From assembly GCA_965140415.1 (NCBI GenBank), contig OZ223209.1:3296001-3360000 (forward strand): 64,000 nt of DNA. Direction: 5' to 3'. The notes under the pieces were generated by a model. That model did no database searches. It was not told the DNA's origin and saw only the letters and a list, made by a program, of their open reading frames with translations. Shown here in pieces: positions 60,231 through 64,000 of the stretch; position 1 is the first letter of the stretch, and every line of letters starts with the position of its first letter. The DNA is from Myxococcota bacterium (GTDB lineage: Bacteria > Myxococcota_A > SURF-8). The position numbers and the translations under genes are program-made.

Positions 60231-61142
60231 CTACTCGCTGGACGCGTGCGATTCGCGCTCAATGATGATTTCAACGCGGCGGTTGTTGGCTCGCCCCTCG
60301 GCGGATGCGTTATTCCCTATTGGGTTTTTCTCTCCCATCCCGCTGGCCCGAATGCGGTCAGGCGGGTAACCACCGTCAATGAGGTAATTTCGCACGGTAT
60401 CGGCGCGTTGCTGTGAGAGGCTCTGGTTGTAGGATGCCTTGCCCATCGAATCGGTATGGCCTTCGATGATAAGATTGCGCTCGCTTACCGTCCTCAGCGC
60501 TTTTCCAACTTCATCCAGTTTTTTCCTGGCGGCAGGCAGCAGGTAGGATTCATTTGATCCGAATAGAACGCTTCCGGATAGGGTCACAACCAGTCCGCGT
60601 TCATCCTCCTTTACTGCGGCGAGCTTGGCCAGCGCGGCCAGCGCGGCGGTCGTGCGTTTTTCGGAGGCCGCCAATTCCCGTTTAGCCTTAGCCTCTGCCG
60701 CCAGCCTGTCGGCTTCGACTTTATCTTCCCGCGCCCTGTCGGCCGCCTCTCCAAGAGCCTGCTCTCCGCGCGCTTTGGCATCGATCAGGTCTTGTTTTCC
60801 CTGTTCGAGCAATTCGGCTTGTTTCTTCTGATAGGCCGCTTCCGAATTCTCTCTATTGGCCTTATCAGCAGCTCGCTCTCCAAGGGTTGCCGCCAGTTCG
60901 GATTTACGCTGAGCAACATAGGATAAATCCAGCGTTTTGAATGAGTCCGAGTCTTTTTTAAACGACTGCTCAGCTTTAGCAAGCGCCACATTTGCCTTGT
61001 GCAATTCCGCCGGTGCCAGTTTGGCCGCCGGGCCTTCGCTTGCATGCTGGTAGGCCTCACGAGCGCTAATGAGCTCTTCTGGTGTTGCAGTGGCACAGCC
61101 GCTGACTAATAAAACAAGTATCAACAGTTGAAAGAATTTCAT
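60231..61142 (-). CDS. Lipoprotein with DUF4398-like region and OmpA peptidoglycan-binding domain
   Basis: Lipobox VSGC; IEGHTDS, LSQQRA, GRANNRRVEI. Confidence 0.88.
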   Translation of the reverse strand: MKFFQLLILVLLVSGCATATPEELISAREAYQHASEGPAAKLAPAELHKANVALAKAEQSFKKDSDSFKTLDLSYVAQRKSELAATLGERAADKANRENSEAAYQKKQAELLEQGKQDLIDAKARGEQALGEAADRAREDKVEADRLAAEAKAKRELAASEKRTTAALAALAKLAAVKEDERGLVVTLSGSVLFGSNESYLLPAARKKLDEVGKALRTVSERNLIIEGHTDSMGKASYNQSLSQQRADTVRNYLIDGGYPPDRIRASGMGEKNPIGNNASAEGRANNRRVEIIIERESHASSE

Positions 61143-61162
61143 TGAATTTCCCTTTCTTTAGG

Positions 61163-61522
61163 TTATTGATTATCCTGTTGAAGTTGGCGCACCCGCTCCA
61201 TTGCATTGTTGGCTTCCACTCTCTCGATGTTACTGCGGGATAATGCCACGGCTAATTCGGCATCAGCCTCAGCTCGCATCAGCATCGATACAGCCTGCTC
61301 TTCTTCGCCGTTTTTGTTCAATACCTGGGCGCGTTCCAACTCCTCTTTGGCAAGCTGTAAATGGAGCGAGGCTTGGGGCACTTCGGCTGCTCCAATTTCT
61401 TCGGCGGCGCGAATCCCCGACGTAGATGCCTCTGTACGTAGTGGGGTACTTGCGCATCCGATTACGATTAAGGCACCAAAGGTGACCGCTGCAAATAACA
61501 AAACTCCGATCCTATTTCTCAT
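61163..61522 (-). CDS. DUF4398-like lipoprotein
   Basis: IGC lipobox; IRAAEEIGA..P.A.LHLQLA, RAEADAELA. Confidence 0.75.
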   Translation of the reverse strand: MRNRIGVLLFAAVTFGALIVIGCASTPLRTEASTSGIRAAEEIGAAEVPQASLHLQLAKEELERAQVLNKNGEEEQAVSMLMRAEADAELAVALSRSNIERVEANNAMERVRQLQQDNQ

Positions 61523-61595
61523 TAGATTCTCCTTTTATGAGTTGTCTTGCGATTCCCGATCGAAATACTCGCTTGAGATACCGCCTCTTCATTTC

Positions 61596-61778
61596 TTAGA
61601 GCTCACTTTCCTTGTTTTCATTACCTCGTCGGTTACCTTGAAAAACGAGCACTAACGCCATTGTCACCGCAGTTATGATCAATAAATGAGCGTATCCGTT
61701 TAATGTAGTGTTCGTTGCCAAACTCAACATCCATAGCAGAACCAACAAAACAACGATGGACCAATATTTTTGTTTCAT
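61596..61778 (-). CDS. Small membrane protein, lmo0937-like
   Basis: WSIVVLLVLLWML....TLNGYAHLLII...QGNR. Confidence 0.6.
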   Translation of the reverse strand: MKQKYWSIVVLLVLLWMLSLATNTTLNGYAHLLIITAVTMALVLVFQGNRRGNENKESEL

Positions 61779-63454
61779 CCGTGCTCCTTCTGAGAATACG
61801 AGTCATTTTGGTTTTCAGAATCATGGTGAAGAGCTTCTCGGGCCTGGTTCAGTTGACTCATGAAATCGCTTTGCCGGAAATACGACTTCCACTTTCTGAC
61901 CAGAAAACTACCCCCGAACCGAATTGCATTATTACGGAAATGTTTGTGGTACCAGAATCGGAAACCCTGAACAATGTATCGAACGCGAAACGTGAAAAGC
62001 GTTGCGACGCGTGGAAAGATAATCGTTGGGAAAAGGATGAGAACTGCGTTGATCAGCCGCAACAGGTATCCTGGCCTATAGAATCCACTCATTAGGGTAA
62101 TGACCGAATGCTGCAATTCCCCGGCATCGATCCCTTCGTCCGGTTCGAAAAGAAGGAATTGCCCATCATAATATTCATAGCCCAGATGGAAGAGTCGTCC
62201 TTCGTTCTTTAATCTATTGGTCAATTCCGTTCCAGGTAACGGAACCGGCAGCAGGATTTGAGCCGTATCCAAGTGTTTGATAAATACTTTAAAACTGTTC
62301 AATCGCTGCCTCAAGGAAATCTCGATCCGGTTTTCCGGTTTCGCGGGATAACCGAAAATCATCATGCCATGAACAAAAAATCCGAACTTGTGATAGGTAT
62401 CGAGCAATTCGATAATGTCTTTTTCGTGATAGCCCTTGCGCATCACCATCAGTTCTTCATCGATGCAGGATTCGATCCCGATCGCCAGATTGTAAATACC
62501 GGCATCTCGCATCGCTGATAACAACTCTTCATGGCGGGCATCGGTAAGTCGGATCTGGACCGTCATCTCGATACGAACATCGGTTTTTTTAAGATATTCA
62601 GCCAGCAATCGGCAAAACCGAATGGATTCTTCCACTCCGGAAGCACAGAAATGATCGCTAACGTCGAAGAATTCACGCGCCTTTCTGGTTTCAACCAGGT
62701 GGGCGATCTGAGCGACCATCCACTCGGGTGAGGCGCAACGCGATTTGTCCTTCACTGCGCAGAATTCACAGTTCATGTTGCAACCACGGGTTCGTCCAAC
62801 TGGATAAATATCGAGCCGGGCATATCGGACAAGGTTGAAATCGGGAAACGGCAAACTGTCCAGATCTTCAATTGGTGCCATATCCTGATTGCGAATATGG
62901 GTTCCATTCTGATTGAAATATATGCCTGGAATATTAAGCGGTTCTTCGTCACGCTCGAACGCCGACAAAATATCTCGTACGATCGTCTCGCTTTCTCCCA
63001 TTGCCACAACATCGAGGAAATTGTCCAGCGCCTCCTTCGGCAAGCTCCTTACGTGATAGCCGCCTACGATTGTCTTTACGCCCTGTTCGTGGTAGTGTTC
63101 GGCTAGCTGATACAGCCTTGGAATCGCCGACGTCATCGAACCGTAAAAACCGACCACATCTGCCGGACGGAGCTTTTGTAGCTCAACATGATCAGGCAAT
63201 CCGGCCTTATCCTTCGGACAAAACGGGCTGCGGCAGTTATTTTCATCAATAACTTCCACATCCCAATTCGGTAACTTGGCAGCGGCCGTTGCTACGCACA
63301 CCGGCCCCAGAGCTGTGGTTGTTTTCGCGATTCTGCTATATATATTGAAAGGCGGGAACGCAGGCAGGACCAAGCGGAACAGGTAACGGCGCTTATCGTT
63401 CTCCGCTGTTTCATTCACGGATGGGATGGAATGAGTTGAATCATGCATGGTCAC
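61775..63454 (-). CDS. B12-binding-domain radical SAM protein
   Basis: RGCNMNCEFC; N-terminal GGYH; GIES; PLPGT. Confidence 0.88.
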   Translation of the reverse strand: MTMHDSTHSIPSVNETAENDKRRYLFRLVLPAFPPFNIYSRIAKTTTALGPVCVATAAAKLPNWDVEVIDENNCRSPFCPKDKAGLPDHVELQKLRPADVVGFYGSMTSAIPRLYQLAEHYHEQGVKTIVGGYHVRSLPKEALDNFLDVVAMGESETIVRDILSAFERDEEPLNIPGIYFNQNGTHIRNQDMAPIEDLDSLPFPDFNLVRYARLDIYPVGRTRGCNMNCEFCAVKDKSRCASPEWMVAQIAHLVETRKAREFFDVSDHFCASGVEESIRFCRLLAEYLKKTDVRIEMTVQIRLTDARHEELLSAMRDAGIYNLAIGIESCIDEELMVMRKGYHEKDIIELLDTYHKFGFFVHGMMIFGYPAKPENRIEISLRQRLNSFKVFIKHLDTAQILLPVPLPGTELTNRLKNEGRLFHLGYEYYDGQFLLFEPDEGIDAGELQHSVITLMSGFYRPGYLLRLINAVLILFPTIIFPRVATLFTFRVRYIVQGFRFWYHKHFRNNAIRFGGSFLVRKWKSYFRQSDFMSQLNQAREALHHDSENQNDSYSQKEHG

Positions 63455-63472
63455 CGAAACCCTCCTTTTTGA

Positions 63473-64000
63473 TCAGCTTTCCAGTTTCTTTGGCGAAATT
63501 GCCGTTAACAGGTCAATGGGAAGTGGGAAGATAATCGTTGAGTTTTTTTCCGTGGCGATTTGACTTAGGGTTTGCAAATAGCGTAGTTGGAGAGCCGTCG
63601 AATTCCCCGACATGATATCGGCTGCTTCGCGAAGTCGGGTTGATGCCTGAAATTCACCTTCGGCAGCGATGATTTTCGCACGCCGTTCGCGCTCGGCTTC
63701 CGCTTGTCCCGCCATGGCACGCTGCATTGTTTGCGGTAGATCCAACTGTTTCACTTCCACCAACGTTACACGTACCCCCCACGGATCGGTATGCTTGTCG
63801 ATGATCTCCTGAAGTGTCTGGTTGACCTTCTCGCGTTCTGACAGAAGTTCGTCCAACTGACTCTGGCCGAGCACAGACCGGAGCGTCGTTTGGCTGATCT
63901 GGCTTGTAGCGTAGAGATAGTTCTCCACTTCAATCACCGCTTTGACTGGATCCAGCACCTTGAAGTACACGACGGCGTTCACTTTGATTGATACGTTGTC
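63473..64000 (-). CDS. SPFH/band-7 (slipin/stomatin-like) protein, 5' end outside window
   Basis: [37 protein letters not shown]. Confidence 0.9.
   Translation of the reverse strand, partial: DNVSIKVNAVVYFKVLDPVKAVIEVENYLYATSQISQTTLRSVLGQSQLDELLSEREKVNQTLQEIIDKHTDPWGVRVTLVEVKQLDLPQTMQRAMAGQAEAERERRAKIIAAEGEFQASTRLREAADIMSGNSTALQLRYLQTLSQIATEKNSTIIFPLPIDLLTAISPKKLES

Larger units (their letters stand above)
28298..64000. mobile_element. Genomic island integrated at tRNA-Pro(GGG); right end not seen
   Basis: tRNA fragment next to an integrase, then defence and accessory cargo; the intact tRNA is expected at higher coordinates. Confidence 0.65.

Noticed and set aside
1-64000. CRISPR array, rRNA, reverse transcriptase or DGR template repeat
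   Set aside because: No repeat-spacer array, rRNA-like sequence, YxDD RT ORF or AAC-rich template copy was found by eye

Overview
Bacterial chromosome segment, most likely Myxococcota or a related deltaproteobacterium (a MYXO-CTERM-like tail and many Asp-Gly-Asp-rich lipoproteins; this is an inference). Positions 1-23.3 kb are mostly core genome: a partial FadL-like gene plus a lipoprotein, cydAB, an EF-G paralog, an RHH protein, dnaK divergent from grpE-cbpA, alr, a PilZ-like/HEAT protein, two DGD-repeat surface proteins and polA. An apparently intact IS3-family element and three more secreted proteins follow. At 28298-28345 the 3' half of tRNA-Pro(GGG) sits beside a P4-like integrase and marks the left end of a genomic island; I found no second att copy in the window. 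The island carries: (i) a defence cluster (McrB, McrC with an extra C-terminal domain, a DUF429-like nuclease, a metallophosphoesterase, and AbiEi/AbiEii with twin 23-bp operators); (ii) a three-gene operon with two giant paralogous lipoproteins whose LamG, propeller and FGE/CLec cores are AT-rich inside a GC-rich scaffold, the most striking signal here and a candidate receptor-diversification system; (iii) a DUF2958-ThiF(E1)-glycine-zipper-cationic peptide cassette; and (iv) a CheBR/sensor kinase/NhaR/PfkA/CsbD/OmpA/radical SAM/SPFH stress-type cluster. All calls come from reading motifs by eye; no database searches were run.
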